A DNA stretch of 39,590 bases from a virus. Lineage: Duplodnaviria > Caudoviricetes. Below, piece by piece: positions 9,198-18,038 of the stretch. The notes beneath the pieces are model-generated. The model had not been told where the DNA came from, made no database searches, and saw nothing but the letters and a program-made list of their open reading frames with translations. Numbering within the stretch: position 1 is the first letter of the stretch; every line of letters starts with the position of its first letter. The stretch is taken from positions 1 through 39,590 of IMG/VR virus record IMGVR_UViG_3300032234_001100; one strand, given 5' to 3'. The position numbers and the translations under genes are program-made.

Positions 9198-9307
9198 TCG
9201 CCAATGCCGGGCTGCTTAGGTGGTCCGGCATCCCCCACCCGTCCCCCCAGGGGTCCCCTAGCCGGATCCCACTCCCATCTCCCGTTCAGAAAGTGGTCCT
9301 GGCCGCC

Positions 9308-11326
9308 ATGGCGCGTTGCATTGAAACCGGCAGCATCGACATCGACGCGATCAAGGACCAGTTCCCTCTGGCCGACGAGGTGCGCCGTCATCTCGCGCTG
9401 AAGCGCCGCGGGGCAACGCTGGTCGGTCTGTGCCCCTTCCACATGGAGCGCACGCCCTCCTTCGCGGTCTATTCCGATGAGCAGCGGTTCCATTGTTTCG
9501 GCTGCGGCGCGCACGGTGACATCTTCGATTTCCTCGAGGCCCAGGAAGGGCTGGATATTCGCGCGGCCGCAGAGCGGCTGACGGGCGGCAACTTCCCGGT
9601 CATTTCGGAGGCGCGTGTCGCTGAACTCAGAGCGCGCCAGGCACGCTTCGAAGCCGAGCAGGCCGAGCGCCGTAAGCTCGCCGCTGACCAGATGCGTCTG
9701 CGCTGGGCGGGCGCCGATCCCACCTATTCATCCCACCCCTATCTCACGGCCAAGGGTATTGGGCCGGGCGGGACACGGCTGGACCGCGAGCACATTCTGG
9801 TGCCGCTGTTCGATGCTGCCGGCGAGCTCACCTCGCTGCAGTCGATCGACCCGGCCGGTCACAAGCTGTTCGAGGCAGAGCTCCCGGTTGCAGGCTCCGC
9901 GTTCGTCATGGGCACTCCGATCCCCATGAGCAAAGCCCCGGTGCTCGTCTGCGAGGGTTTTGCCACCGGTGCATCGCTCCATGAAGCCACGGGGCGAACC
10001 GTCGTGGTTACCTTCAATGCCGGGAACCTGAAAAAGGTTGCCGAGCGGCTGGTCGCGGCCTTTCCCAAGACCCGCTGGATCGTTGCCGGTGACGATGATC
10101 GGCGCAAGGCGCCCAATGTCGGCCGCGAGGCTGCGAGCAAAGCTGCTGAGGTCCTTCGCTGCGAGGCCGTGTTCCCGGTGTTCCCCGAAGGCCACCTCGG
10201 CACCGACTTCAACGACATGGCCCAGCTTTCCGGCCACGAAGCGGTCGCGGCTTTGTTTGCCGCCAGCGCAGGCCCTGATGTGTTCGAGACCCTCAGTCTC
10301 GATGAGCTCGTCAACATGCCGCCGCCTACATGGCTGATCGAGGGGCTCATCCCCCAGCATGGCCTGGTCCTGCTGTATGGCCGCCCGGGTGAGCACAAGA
10401 CCTTCATCGTTATCGATGGGGCCTTGCGCGTTGCCTACGGCCTCGACTGGCACGGCCGGGCCGTCAAACGCGTCGGCGTCCTCTACATTGCCGGCGAAGG
10501 CCGGTTCGGTATCGGGCAGCGCATCAAGGGCTGGCGCAAGAAGCATGGCCTTGCCGGTGTCGATGCGCCGTTCAAGCTGCTGCCCGTGGCAGTCCACATG
10601 CTGGATCCCGCCAATGTCGAGAAGCTCAAGCGCACGATCGATCAGGTCCGCGAGGAGGTCGATTTCGAGATCGGGATGGTCGTCATCGATACCGTCTCGC
10701 GCGCCATCCCCGGGCAGGACGAGAATAGCCAGGAAGCGATGTCGCTGTTCGTTGATGCCTGCGCCGAGATCCAGAACCATTGCGGCGGCGGCGTCGTCGG
10801 CATCCACCATTCGGGCAAGGATGCTGACCGGGGCATGCGCGGGTCCACCGTGCTGCTGGGCGGTTGCGATACGGCGATCCGGGTAGCCAAGGAGGAGGAC
10901 CACACAGTCCTCTCGGTCGAGAAGCAGAAGGACGGCGAAGAAATCGAGGACGTCCACTTCACGATGGAGGTCGTCGATATCACTAGCGGCCTTGGCAAGG
11001 AGCAGAGCACGCTGGTCCCCGTCATTGGTACTGGCGCAACGCCTGCTGCCGAGAAGCGTCTCAGCTGGCATCAGATCCGCGAGATCTTCAAGTCGATCGA
11101 CGATGCCTGGCGCGACGGCGCGCCTTGGTCGGTCTTCCCGCATGCCCGCCGCAAGGGGCGGTTCGCGGTCGATCTAATCTCCGATCACTACGGTGTCACC
11201 AAGCGCGAAGCTGAGATCTGCATCACCAAGTGGCAGCAGAATGGCTACCTCGTCACCGAGGCCGGACGGTTCCACGGCAAGGCCTCTGGACTGAGGGTCG
11301 TCAAGTACCTGGAGCCCGACCGATGA
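9308..11326 (+). CDS. Primase-helicase (CHC2 zinc finger, TOPRIM, RepA/AAA_25 helicase)
   Basis: CPFH...CFGC; VCEGFATG and AGDDD; GRPGEHKT, VVIDTVSR, IHHSGKD, RGST. Confidence 0.9.
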   Translation: MARCIETGSIDIDAIKDQFPLADEVRRHLALKRRGATLVGLCPFHMERTPSFAVYSDEQRFHCFGCGAHGDIFDFLEAQEGLDIRAAAERLTGGNFPVISEARVAELRARQARFEAEQAERRKLAADQMRLRWAGADPTYSSHPYLTAKGIGPGGTRLDREHILVPLFDAAGELTSLQSIDPAGHKLFEAELPVAGSAFVMGTPIPMSKAPVLVCEGFATGASLHEATGRTVVVTFNAGNLKKVAERLVAAFPKTRWIVAGDDDRRKAPNVGREAASKAAEVLRCEAVFPVFPEGHLGTDFNDMAQLSGHEAVAALFAASAGPDVFETLSLDELVNMPPPTWLIEGLIPQHGLVLLYGRPGEHKTFIVIDGALRVAYGLDWHGRAVKRVGVLYIAGEGRFGIGQRIKGWRKKHGLAGVDAPFKLLPVAVHMLDPANVEKLKRTIDQVREEVDFEIGMVVIDTVSRAIPGQDENSQEAMSLFVDACAEIQNHCGGGVVGIHHSGKDADRGMRGSTVLLGGCDTAIRVAKEEDHTVLSVEKQKDGEEIEDVHFTMEVVDITSGLGKEQSTLVPVIGTGATPAAEKRLSWHQIREIFKSIDDAWRDGAPWSVFPHARRKGRFAVDLISDHYGVTKREAEICITKWQQNGYLVTEAGRFHGKASGLRVVKYLEPDR

Positions 11327-11342
11327 GCCCAAAACTCGAGTT

Positions 11343-11467
11343 GTCGGAAGCAGTCGGAAGCACGGAAATGCGTCAGTCGGAAGCCTGTCGCAAGCCGTCG
11401 GAAGCACGGTCGCAAGCAGTCGGAACGCGCAGTCGCTTCCCCCCCATACCCCCTAAGGGCTTCCGAC
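11343..11467. repeat. GTCG(G/C)AAGC direct-repeat array, probable replication origin
   Basis: Copies at 11343, 11353, 11376, 11387, 11397, 11409, 11419 (partial); inverted GCTTCCGAC at 11459. Confidence 0.8.
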
Positions 11468-11519
11468 TGCGCTTCAGGCGCGTCGTCAGCCTCAACTTTA
11501 GCGAAGAAAGGAGGGGCGC

Positions 11520-12062
11520 ATGAAAGGCGCGCCACCGACCCGGCATGCGCAGATCAGCGACATGCAGGTCATCATCAAATGTGTCGACCAGCGCGGTCGT
11601 GAAATGGACGAGCGTTGGGGCATTGGGCGTTTACCCATGCTCGTGCCGATCGAGTGGGCTGAACGCTTCCAGGCACAGCACAAGCTGTTCAACGCGGCGG
11701 TTTGGGAGTTCGATCTTCCGTTGGTGCGCCAACATGGCGAGGCAATGCTGCGGGCTTACGACAAGCTCGATGAAATCGCTCGGGCAGCCAAGGGCGAACC
11801 ACTGCCGGTCGACCAGTGGGAGTTCGAGACGCCTGATGGCCTGGTGATTCTGGTTCGGGATCTTCGCGATACCGGCCGGGCCCAGCGTCATGGCCGGGAG
11901 GCACAGGTCTGGGCGCTCGACGAGGTCGCCAATGTGATCCGCTGCCACCCGATCCTCGCCGCAGCCAAGAACGCGTTTCCTGGCGCGCAGGTCGTGAGTG
12001 TCCGTCCCAGCAAAACAACCTTGGCCGAGCTTGATGACGAACTTTCGGACATCCCGTTCTGA
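11520..12062 (+). CDS. Hypothetical phage protein
   Basis: 180-aa ORF with AAGGAGG RBS; acidic C-terminal tail LDDELSDIPF. Confidence 0.75.
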   Translation: MKGAPPTRHAQISDMQVIIKCVDQRGREMDERWGIGRLPMLVPIEWAERFQAQHKLFNAAVWEFDLPLVRQHGEAMLRAYDKLDEIARAAKGEPLPVDQWEFETPDGLVILVRDLRDTGRAQRHGREAQVWALDEVANVIRCHPILAAAKNAFPGAQVVSVRPSKTTLAELDDELSDIPF

Positions 12063-12195
12063 TGCTGACCGCTGTGATGGAGGCGCCGATGCCCTAACGC
12101 CCGCAAGCCCCCAAGACCGGACGACGGTGGTCCGTACCGCCAAGCACAAAACCACCGCCGTCCGCACCAGACAAAACCCCAATTGGAGAATCATC

Positions 12196-12732
12196 ATGGA
12201 TATTTCGACTTTGCCTGCGCCGTTGCGCAGCGCAACCCCGGCTTTAAGGCGCGTGACAGTGATGCGCGGATCGCTGCTGGCCCTTGACCTCGGCACCAGC
12301 ACTGGCTGGGCGCTGAGGACCGCTGACGACTACACGTCCAGCGGCACCGTCCTGCTGAAGCACAGCCGTTACGATGGCGGCGGCATGCGCTTCCTGCGGT
12401 TCCGGCGCTGGCTGGAAGATCTCGATCAGGACGCAGGGCCGATCGAGGTGATCTACTTCGAAGAGGTCCGGCGTCATGCCGGTACCGATGCGGCCCACAT
12501 CTACGGCGGCCTGCTCGCAGTCCTCTCGGCTTGGTGCGAAGAGCACCTCGTCGCCTACCAGGGCGTGCCGGTGGGCACCATCAAGCGCTTTGCCACCGGC
12601 AAGGGTAATGCCGACAAGGCCGCGGTGATTGAGGCCATGTGCGCCCGTGGCTTTGCACCTCGGGATGACAACGAAGCCGACGCGCTCGCCATCCTGCTCT
12701 GGGCCATCGAGACACGGGGAGGTGTGCGATGA
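12196..12732 (+). CDS. RuvC-like Holliday junction resolvase
   Basis: LALDLGTSTGWA, YFEEV, IKRFATGKGNADK, DNEADALA; GGAG before ATG 12196 (start could be later). Confidence 0.85.
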   Translation: MDISTLPAPLRSATPALRRVTVMRGSLLALDLGTSTGWALRTADDYTSSGTVLLKHSRYDGGGMRFLRFRRWLEDLDQDAGPIEVIYFEEVRRHAGTDAAHIYGGLLAVLSAWCEEHLVAYQGVPVGTIKRFATGKGNADKAAVIEAMCARGFAPRDDNEADALAILLWAIETRGGVR

Positions 12733-12983
12733 CCACCTGGTCCATTCTCGGCCACACAGCCAAGGTGCTCGAAGAACGCCGTGATGATTACGGTGATCCA
12801 GCCGAGCAGTTTCGCGTCATTGCCGCTCGTTGGTCGATTACGCTCGGCACGCCCATCACACCGTCACAGGTCGCCCTGTGCATGATCGACCTCAAGCTTG
12901 CCCGGCTGGCTTACGATCCAAGGCACGTCGACAGCATGGTCGATGTCATCGGCTATGCGGCTCTGCTGCGGGAGGTGCGCTGA
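12729..12983 (+). CDS. DUF6378-like phage protein
   Basis: RRDDYGDPAEQF...W...VALCMIDLKLAR...DSMVDVIGYAA. Confidence 0.8.
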   Translation: MTTWSILGHTAKVLEERRDDYGDPAEQFRVIAARWSITLGTPITPSQVALCMIDLKLARLAYDPRHVDSMVDVIGYAALLREVR

Positions 12984-13189
12984 TGGCTGCCATCTCCCCG
13001 ATCTACAGTCATGCCCGGCAGCGCGATGCCTTCGAGCTCGCCCGGGATGGGTGGCGGCAACGCGGGATCCTTGCGGTTTCGCCTTCCGACAGGCGTCTCA
13101 GCTTCAGCGAGCGGGAGTTCATCCGCGAGCTGGGCGAGCGCCTTTACGGAAGTGAGGGCAGGGGAGGCACCCATGGCTCGCGGTCGTAA
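12983..13189 (+). CDS. Small hypothetical protein
   Basis: TGATG coupling, GGAGG RBS; MAAISPIYSHARQRDAFELARDGW... Confidence 0.65.
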   Translation: MAAISPIYSHARQRDAFELARDGWRQRGILAVSPSDRRLSFSEREFIRELGERLYGSEGRGGTHGSRS

Positions 13190-13754
13190 GCGCAAGGCCG
13201 GCAAGCGCCACCCTTCTGGCAAGCTCGTCCAGCCACGCATCGAGGAGACCCAGCGCGAGGTGATGTCGACAGTCTTGGCGGCGCGCCAGCGCCACTTCGG
13301 GGTCAGCGAGCGTCAGGCGAGGGACGAGCGGCTGGGTACGTCACTCGGCCGGCTGGCTTTTGCCGGATCTGTCACATCCACCCAGTATGCGGCTGGTGAG
13401 CTCTACGGCGAGACCATGGCGCGGCACCGTGCGGTGGTCGGTATGCCCATGGCCCAGCCGCGTTCGGTCACCGGTCTTCTCATCAACGAGGGGATCTTCG
13501 GCGGGGGTGAACCTGTCCATGACCCCGAGCTCATCGATCGGATTCGGAAGGAGGCCGCTGCGGCGATGATGGTGTTGCGCGATGCCGATCGGGACATGCC
13601 GGCTGGCACGAGGCGAGGCCCCAGCCTGCTGGTTCATTCCATCGTCTGCTACGATGTCGATGCGGCGCTCTGGTCGGCTGCAGACTTGAAGTGGCTGGGC
13701 CATGGTCTTGATGCGCTGGCGAAACTTTATCGCATCCGCCTCGATAGTCCCTGA
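13173..13754 (+). CDS. Hypothetical protein, possible late-gene regulator
   Basis: MARGRKRKAGKRHPSGK basic N-terminus; GGAGG RBS; last early gene before packaging module (Q-like position). Confidence 0.6.
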   Translation: MARGRKRKAGKRHPSGKLVQPRIEETQREVMSTVLAARQRHFGVSERQARDERLGTSLGRLAFAGSVTSTQYAAGELYGETMARHRAVVGMPMAQPRSVTGLLINEGIFGGGEPVHDPELIDRIRKEAAAAMMVLRDADRDMPAGTRRGPSLLVHSIVCYDVDAALWSAADLKWLGHGLDALAKLYRIRLDSP

Positions 13755-13874
13755 CGCAATGCGACGTGGTGAAGCGCAATCAATCTAGCCGTAAGGCAAT
13801 GATTCAAAAGGAAATAAATATTTGACCAGCTGGTGTTTACAGCCTAGGAGTATTTCCGAAATTGAGAATTCAGA

Positions 13875-13909
13875 ACTGCGCCCGGAGCTCATCAGCTTCC
13901 GGGCGCAGT
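13875..13909. terminator. Strong hairpin (terminator/attenuator candidate)
   Basis: ACTGCGCCCGGAGCT-catc-AGCTTCCGGGCGCAGT followed by caattttt. Confidence 0.6.
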
Positions 13910-13996
13910 CAATTTTTGGCCGGCAGCCCCCAAGATCGAGATAATCAACCCCTTGCTCACATTGGGGTTGCAGATGGCAGATAAGTTCGCATATGA

Positions 13997-14069
13997 GGGT
14001 AACAAGTGGATTGGGGGTTCCCGGTCGGCGTTACAGCCTCGGTGAGTTTCACCGGGGCTTTTCGCTTTT
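13997..14069 (+). ncRNA. Candidate DUF3800-associated structured small RNA, convergent with the gene
   Basis: GTAAC/GTTAC stem enclosing GATTGGG-GGTT-CCCGGTC, then an 11-bp hairpin and U-tract; G-U wobbles only on + strand; TTGCAG-16-CATATG upstream. Confidence 0.6.
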
Positions 14070-14922
14070 ATGGGCTTGGGAAAACCTTGAGGCCCCAATC
14101 TAGATAGCCTTCCCCCAAATTACTGCGCCCGCCGCTGCAAAAGAATTTTTGCTTAAGCACCCGGAATGCGCGGTTATTTTGGTCTGGACGTATAAAATTA
14201 CTCCCGATCGGACGGGCAACCAAATCTGCGAGCTGTAAGCCCGACGAATTGACCTGCTTATGTGCAAAGATCACGTCAAAAGGCAGCTGGATCCCTTTAC
14301 GGTTTGCGCCATCGCAAATTCGACGAAACTCCAACTCTAGTTCGTTGTCCTCTTTCGGTCCCCTGCGTTCGACAACGACATGGGTCTTCACTCCGCTTTG
14401 GTTCTTCTCTTCGAGAAACTCGTGGAGTGTCTCCAAGCAGAAACCCAATGCCGTGTGGTATGGGTTCTCGGCGTTGGCTGAGCGGGCCTGCAATTTCGTC
14501 TTATCGATCACGCAACTTATCAGAATGAAGTTGCTGGTATCGATAATGTCGGTGAGTTCATTGATGAAGTCGTTGCGGTGGTCTGGCCCGGTAAATTTGA
14601 AGCTACCCATTTCCTTACGGATTTCTCGCTCATGCAGGACCACCAGGTCATGGCCAAAATGATTGAATTTGAATTTCTGCAGGGCAGGAACGACCTTCTC
14701 GCTGTAGTGCCGCTTGTAGAAAACGCAGAAGGACAAGACAAAGACAGGGTATTGGGGGTCGATCGTCGACATTGAATGATCGCCACTCTCGTCGACATAG
14801 ACGATGAAGTTACTGAATTTTCCCGGCGGTGCTTTGGACTCACCAGCCGCTTCCGCAATTGCTCCAGATTCCACATCGAAGAGCGAAAACTGTTGGGGTA
14901 GTGAGTCGTTATCCTTGTTCAT
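14068..14922 (-). CDS. DUF3800 domain protein (RNase H-like fold)
   Basis: VYVDESGD, LHEREIR, VVVERRG, GLQLADLVARPIG; visibly AT-richer than flanks and opposite strand to phage genes. Confidence 0.85.
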   Translation of the reverse strand: MNKDNDSLPQQFSLFDVESGAIAEAAGESKAPPGKFSNFIVYVDESGDHSMSTIDPQYPVFVLSFCVFYKRHYSEKVVPALQKFKFNHFGHDLVVLHEREIRKEMGSFKFTGPDHRNDFINELTDIIDTSNFILISCVIDKTKLQARSANAENPYHTALGFCLETLHEFLEEKNQSGVKTHVVVERRGPKEDNELELEFRRICDGANRKGIQLPFDVIFAHKQVNSSGLQLADLVARPIGSNFIRPDQNNRAFRVLKQKFFCSGGRSNLGEGYLDWGLKVFPSP

Positions 14923-14998
14923 CAACAGAAGTTAGCCCAGCCGATGGCGTGTTGCCACCCGCAGTAAGCCTTCGGCTAGGAATTCCCAGACAGAGTTT

Positions 14999-15268
14999 AT
15001 GTTGACACTTCGGCTTCGTGGGCGCCGTGCTGTTGCCCAGCGTTTGCGTCGCCTTCGATCCGAACCCCTCTGCCGCGATTGTACCTCTGCCGGAATAGTC
15101 CGCGAGGCGACCGTACCTGACCACATCCTGCCGCTAGCCCGTGGCGGATCGGACGAGGACAGCAACATCCGCTGCCTCTGCGCTGAATGCCATGCCAGGC
15201 GGACTGCGGAACAATTCGGCCAGCGCAGGACGGCCGCCGTGGGCCCCGACGGATGGCCGATTGGGTGA
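14999..15268 (+). CDS. HNH endonuclease (packaging-associated)
   Basis: PLCRDC...VPDHILPLARGGSD..SNIRCLCAECHARRT; ends DGWPIG. Confidence 0.9.
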   Translation: MLTLRLRGRRAVAQRLRRLRSEPLCRDCTSAGIVREATVPDHILPLARGGSDEDSNIRCLCAECHARRTAEQFGQRRTAAVGPDGWPIG

Positions 15269-15365
15269 CCAAGCCGGGGGGCGGCTCGAAAGTCTGGGCC
15301 TTTGGCGGGGGAAACCGCGCTTGGTCCAAATTTCACGCAACCGCGAAACTCGGACCGGGGGTCAA
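15268..15365 (+). other. Possible cos packaging region
   Basis: G-rich non-coding tract directly after HNH (CCGGGGGGCGGCTCGAAAGTCTGGG...GGAAACCGCGC); ACCAAGC/GCTTGGT inverted repeat; usual position in HNH/P27-terminase phages. Confidence 0.4.
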
Positions 15366-15448
15366 AAAGCAGAAAGTCTAAGTTTTCCGTCGAATTGACT
15401 GGATAGTCGTCGCGATAAGAGCGGTAGTCGCGTCACGAACACGGAGCG

Positions 15449-15817
15449 ATGCAGATGACCGACTTGACCTTGCCAACCGCCAATGAAGCTTGGGGCTTCT
15501 ACGGAACCAGCGACGCCTTCGCGGATGCCGATGCAGCCTGGGCGATTGCCTTTCCAGCGGTGCTGGCGGCAACTGAAGGCACGGCCGAAGGGGTTCGGGA
15601 TTTTCTCGATAGCCGCCATGGCCGCCACTTCGGCGATGACGTCCACAACAGCATCCATGCGGGGCTGGACCTCACCGCAGCCATCGATGCGGCGATCACC
15701 CGCTGGATGGGATGGACCATCAACTGGGAAACCGCCCGCGAGATCGCGATGCCCAAGGGTCTGCCCTATCTCACGGGTTTCGTTCTTTATTTCAGCCTGA
15801 AGGCTCAGGCTACCTAG
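15449..15817 (+). CDS. Hypothetical protein
   Basis: 122-aa ORF, motifs NEAWGFYGT and VRDFLDSRHGRHF; GGAG RBS; TTGACT upstream. Confidence 0.7.
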   Translation: MQMTDLTLPTANEAWGFYGTSDAFADADAAWAIAFPAVLAATEGTAEGVRDFLDSRHGRHFGDDVHNSIHAGLDLTAAIDAAITRWMGWTINWETAREIAMPKGLPYLTGFVLYFSLKAQAT

Positions 15818-15840
15818 GTCATTTCCGAGGATGAGCATGT

Positions 15841-16305
15841 ATGCCGCTACCGACTACAGGTGCGATCTCACTCAGCGCTGTGGCAGCTGAGATCGGCCGC
15901 GCAGCTGGCAGTGCCATTTCTCTTGGCGAGACCGCCGTTCGCAATCTGGCGGGCGTCGCAACTGGGGCGATTGCACTATCGCAGCTTTATGGAAAGTCAG
16001 CGCTTTCCTTCTCACCGGACGGCGGGAGTAGCTTTTCATCGCCAGTCTTTCTCTCAGATACAGGCGTGGGCGGTTATCCTGCGCAGATGATAATATCCTG
16101 CAATCAGCCGGCTGTATGGAGCCATACGCGTAACGGAGCCTTTGGCACTGCCAGCGTTGCCTCCGGTTCCTCTGCGACTTCGATAACCTTTTCTCTTTCC
16201 AATACGGGTTTTACGATCCGCACAACAACATGGAACGTTAGTGCAACCGTCGCTGGGGTCACGCGCTACTGGTCTGTTAATCTGGTCGCTGAAGGCTTGG
16301 TCTAG
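15841..16305 (+). CDS. Tail-fibre tip adhesin-like protein
   Basis: N-terminal MPLPTTGAISLSAVAAEIG...AVRNLAGVATGAIALSQLYGKS module followed by Ser/Thr/Gly-rich beta domain. Confidence 0.6.
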   Translation: MPLPTTGAISLSAVAAEIGRAAGSAISLGETAVRNLAGVATGAIALSQLYGKSALSFSPDGGSSFSSPVFLSDTGVGGYPAQMIISCNQPAVWSHTRNGAFGTASVASGSSATSITFSLSNTGFTIRTTTWNVSATVAGVTRYWSVNLVAEGLV

Positions 16306-16476
16306 GGCACGGCCTTCCAGAATTCAAAGCCTTGGAGCCTGGCCGTTATAAGCGGTAAGTTCTAATCAACAGTGCTCCAGCCCCCATCGTCACGGACCAA
16401 GGCGGTTCACCAGCGCAGCATATCGGCACTGCAAGCACGCAGGGTTCCTATAGCCGCCGCCCATTGAAGGATATCT

Positions 16477-17730
16477 ATGGATCAAAACTGGCCGGCCCAG
16501 AGCAGTGAGCTCTGGCCGATAGAGAAGATCATCCCTTATGCGCGCAACTCCCGCACGCACTCGGACGAGCAGATCGCGCAGATTGCGGCCTCAATCCGCG
16601 AATGGGGCTGGACCAACCCGATCCTCGTCGATGAAGACGGTGGCCTGATCGCGGGGCACGGACGTTTGCTCGCCGCCCGCAAACTGGGCCTGACCCAAAT
16701 CCCGACCATGGTCGCTAAAGGCTGGGGCGAAGCCCAGAAGAAGGCCTACGTCATCGCCGATAACAAGTTGGCGCTAAATGCCGGCTGGGACCTTGAGCTC
16801 TTGGCAGTTGAACTTGGTGACCTGCAGGGCTTCGACTTTGATCTGCTGCTGACCGGATTTTCCGGCGAAGAGCTTTCGAAGCTTCTGCCAGATAAGACTG
16901 AAGGACACACCGACCCGGACGAAGTGCCCGAAGCTCCTGCTGATCCGATAACCAAGCCGGGCGATGTTTGGCTGATGGGTAAGCACCGCCTCGTTTGCGG
17001 CGACAGCACCAGCCTAGATGACATGGAGAAGCTGACCGCAGGCCAATTGGTGGACATGTGGTTGACCGACCCACCCTATAATGTCGCCTATGAAGGCGGA
17101 ACCAAGGACAAGCTCACCATCCAGAACGACAACATGGGTGACGAGCAGTTTCGGGTATTCTTGCGGGATGCCTATGTCACCGCAGATACCGTGATGAAGC
17201 CCGGCGCAGTCTTCTACATCTGGCACGCAGACAGCGAGGGCTACAACTTCCGGGGAGCGGCTCGCGACGCCGGCTGGCAAGTGCGGCAATGTCTGATCTG
17301 GAAGAAATCATCTCAGGTTATGGGCCGTCAGGATTTTCACTGGAAGCACGAGCCTTGCCTTTATGGTTGGAAAGATGGCGCTGCCCACCTGTGGGCTAAC
17401 GACCGCAAGCAAACCACAGTGCTCGAGTTCGATAAGCCGGCGCGCAACGGTGAGCATCCGACGATGAAGCCGGTCGCGATCTTCGAATACCAGCTTCTGA
17501 ACAACACCAAGGGTGGTGACATCGTCCTCGATAGCTTTGCCGGTTCTGGCACCACCGCAATTGCGGCAGAGAAGAACGGCCGTGTTGCCTATCTGATGGA
17601 ACTTGATCCGCGCTACTGCGACGTGATCATCAAGCGCTGGCAGGATTTCTCAGGAGAAGCTGCAACCCTTGAGAGCGAGGGCCGCACGTTCGATGAGATT
17701 GCCGCCTCGGGAATGGCCGAAGTGGCCTAA
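16477..17730 (+). CDS. ParB-N-terminal + N4/N6 DNA methyltransferase
   Basis: PYARNSRTHS...IAGHGRL; TDPPYN, HPTMKP, DSFAGSGTT (beta-class motif order). Confidence 0.92.
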   Translation: MDQNWPAQSSELWPIEKIIPYARNSRTHSDEQIAQIAASIREWGWTNPILVDEDGGLIAGHGRLLAARKLGLTQIPTMVAKGWGEAQKKAYVIADNKLALNAGWDLELLAVELGDLQGFDFDLLLTGFSGEELSKLLPDKTEGHTDPDEVPEAPADPITKPGDVWLMGKHRLVCGDSTSLDDMEKLTAGQLVDMWLTDPPYNVAYEGGTKDKLTIQNDNMGDEQFRVFLRDAYVTADTVMKPGAVFYIWHADSEGYNFRGAARDAGWQVRQCLIWKKSSQVMGRQDFHWKHEPCLYGWKDGAAHLWANDRKQTTVLEFDKPARNGEHPTMKPVAIFEYQLLNNTKGGDIVLDSFAGSGTTAIAAEKNGRVAYLMELDPRYCDVIIKRWQDFSGEAATLESEGRTFDEIAASGMAEVA

Positions 17731-17735
17731 AGGTT

Positions 17736-18038
17736 TCAGGCCGCGACGAAAACCTTATCGACAACGATGTCGTCGGCATGGGCACGGGCCTGAGCCAGAT
17801 CATAAGTCGTCTGCATGCGCATCAGGGTGTCCGCCTTGACGCCAAAAGCCTTCTCAAACCGGATTGCCATTTCTGCCGAAAGGGCGGTGTGGCCATTGAA
17901 GAGATTGCTCAGCGTCTGGCGGGTCACATGGAAGCAGGCCGCAAGCCGATTGATGCTCACACCGTGAGGGTCGACGATCTCGCTCTTCAGCCAGTCACCG
18001 GGATGAACAGCCAGCGAGGGGTGCATGGTCATAACCAT
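17736..18038 (-). CDS. higA: HigA family antitoxin
   Basis: HPGDWL...LAACFHVTRQTLSNLFNG...SAEMAIRFEKAFG...MQTTYDL. Confidence 0.9.
   Translation of the reverse strand: MVMTMHPSLAVHPGDWLKSEIVDPHGVSINRLAACFHVTRQTLSNLFNGHTALSAEMAIRFEKAFGVKADTLMRMQTTYDLAQARAHADDIVVDKVFVAA

Noticed and set aside
9204-9231. Hairpin ATGCCGGGCTGC-ttag-GTGGTCCGGCAT before the primase
   Set aside because: No U-tract and no further structure; probably an ordinary mRNA stability or pause hairpin
9728-11143. 471-aa minus-strand ORF
   Set aside because: Antisense shadow of the primase-helicase in GC-rich DNA; no motifs
11343-11426. Repeat array as CRISPR, or as coding ORFs 11230-11523 / 11245-11535
   Set aside because: Units are 9 bp with mostly 1-3 bp gaps, no spacers and no cas genes; the translations only mirror the DNA repeat
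13946-13970. Inverted repeat CAACCCC-N11-GGGGTTG as a separate element
   Set aside because: Only 7 bp; it overlaps the putative sRNA -35 box and could be an operator, but is too weak to call alone
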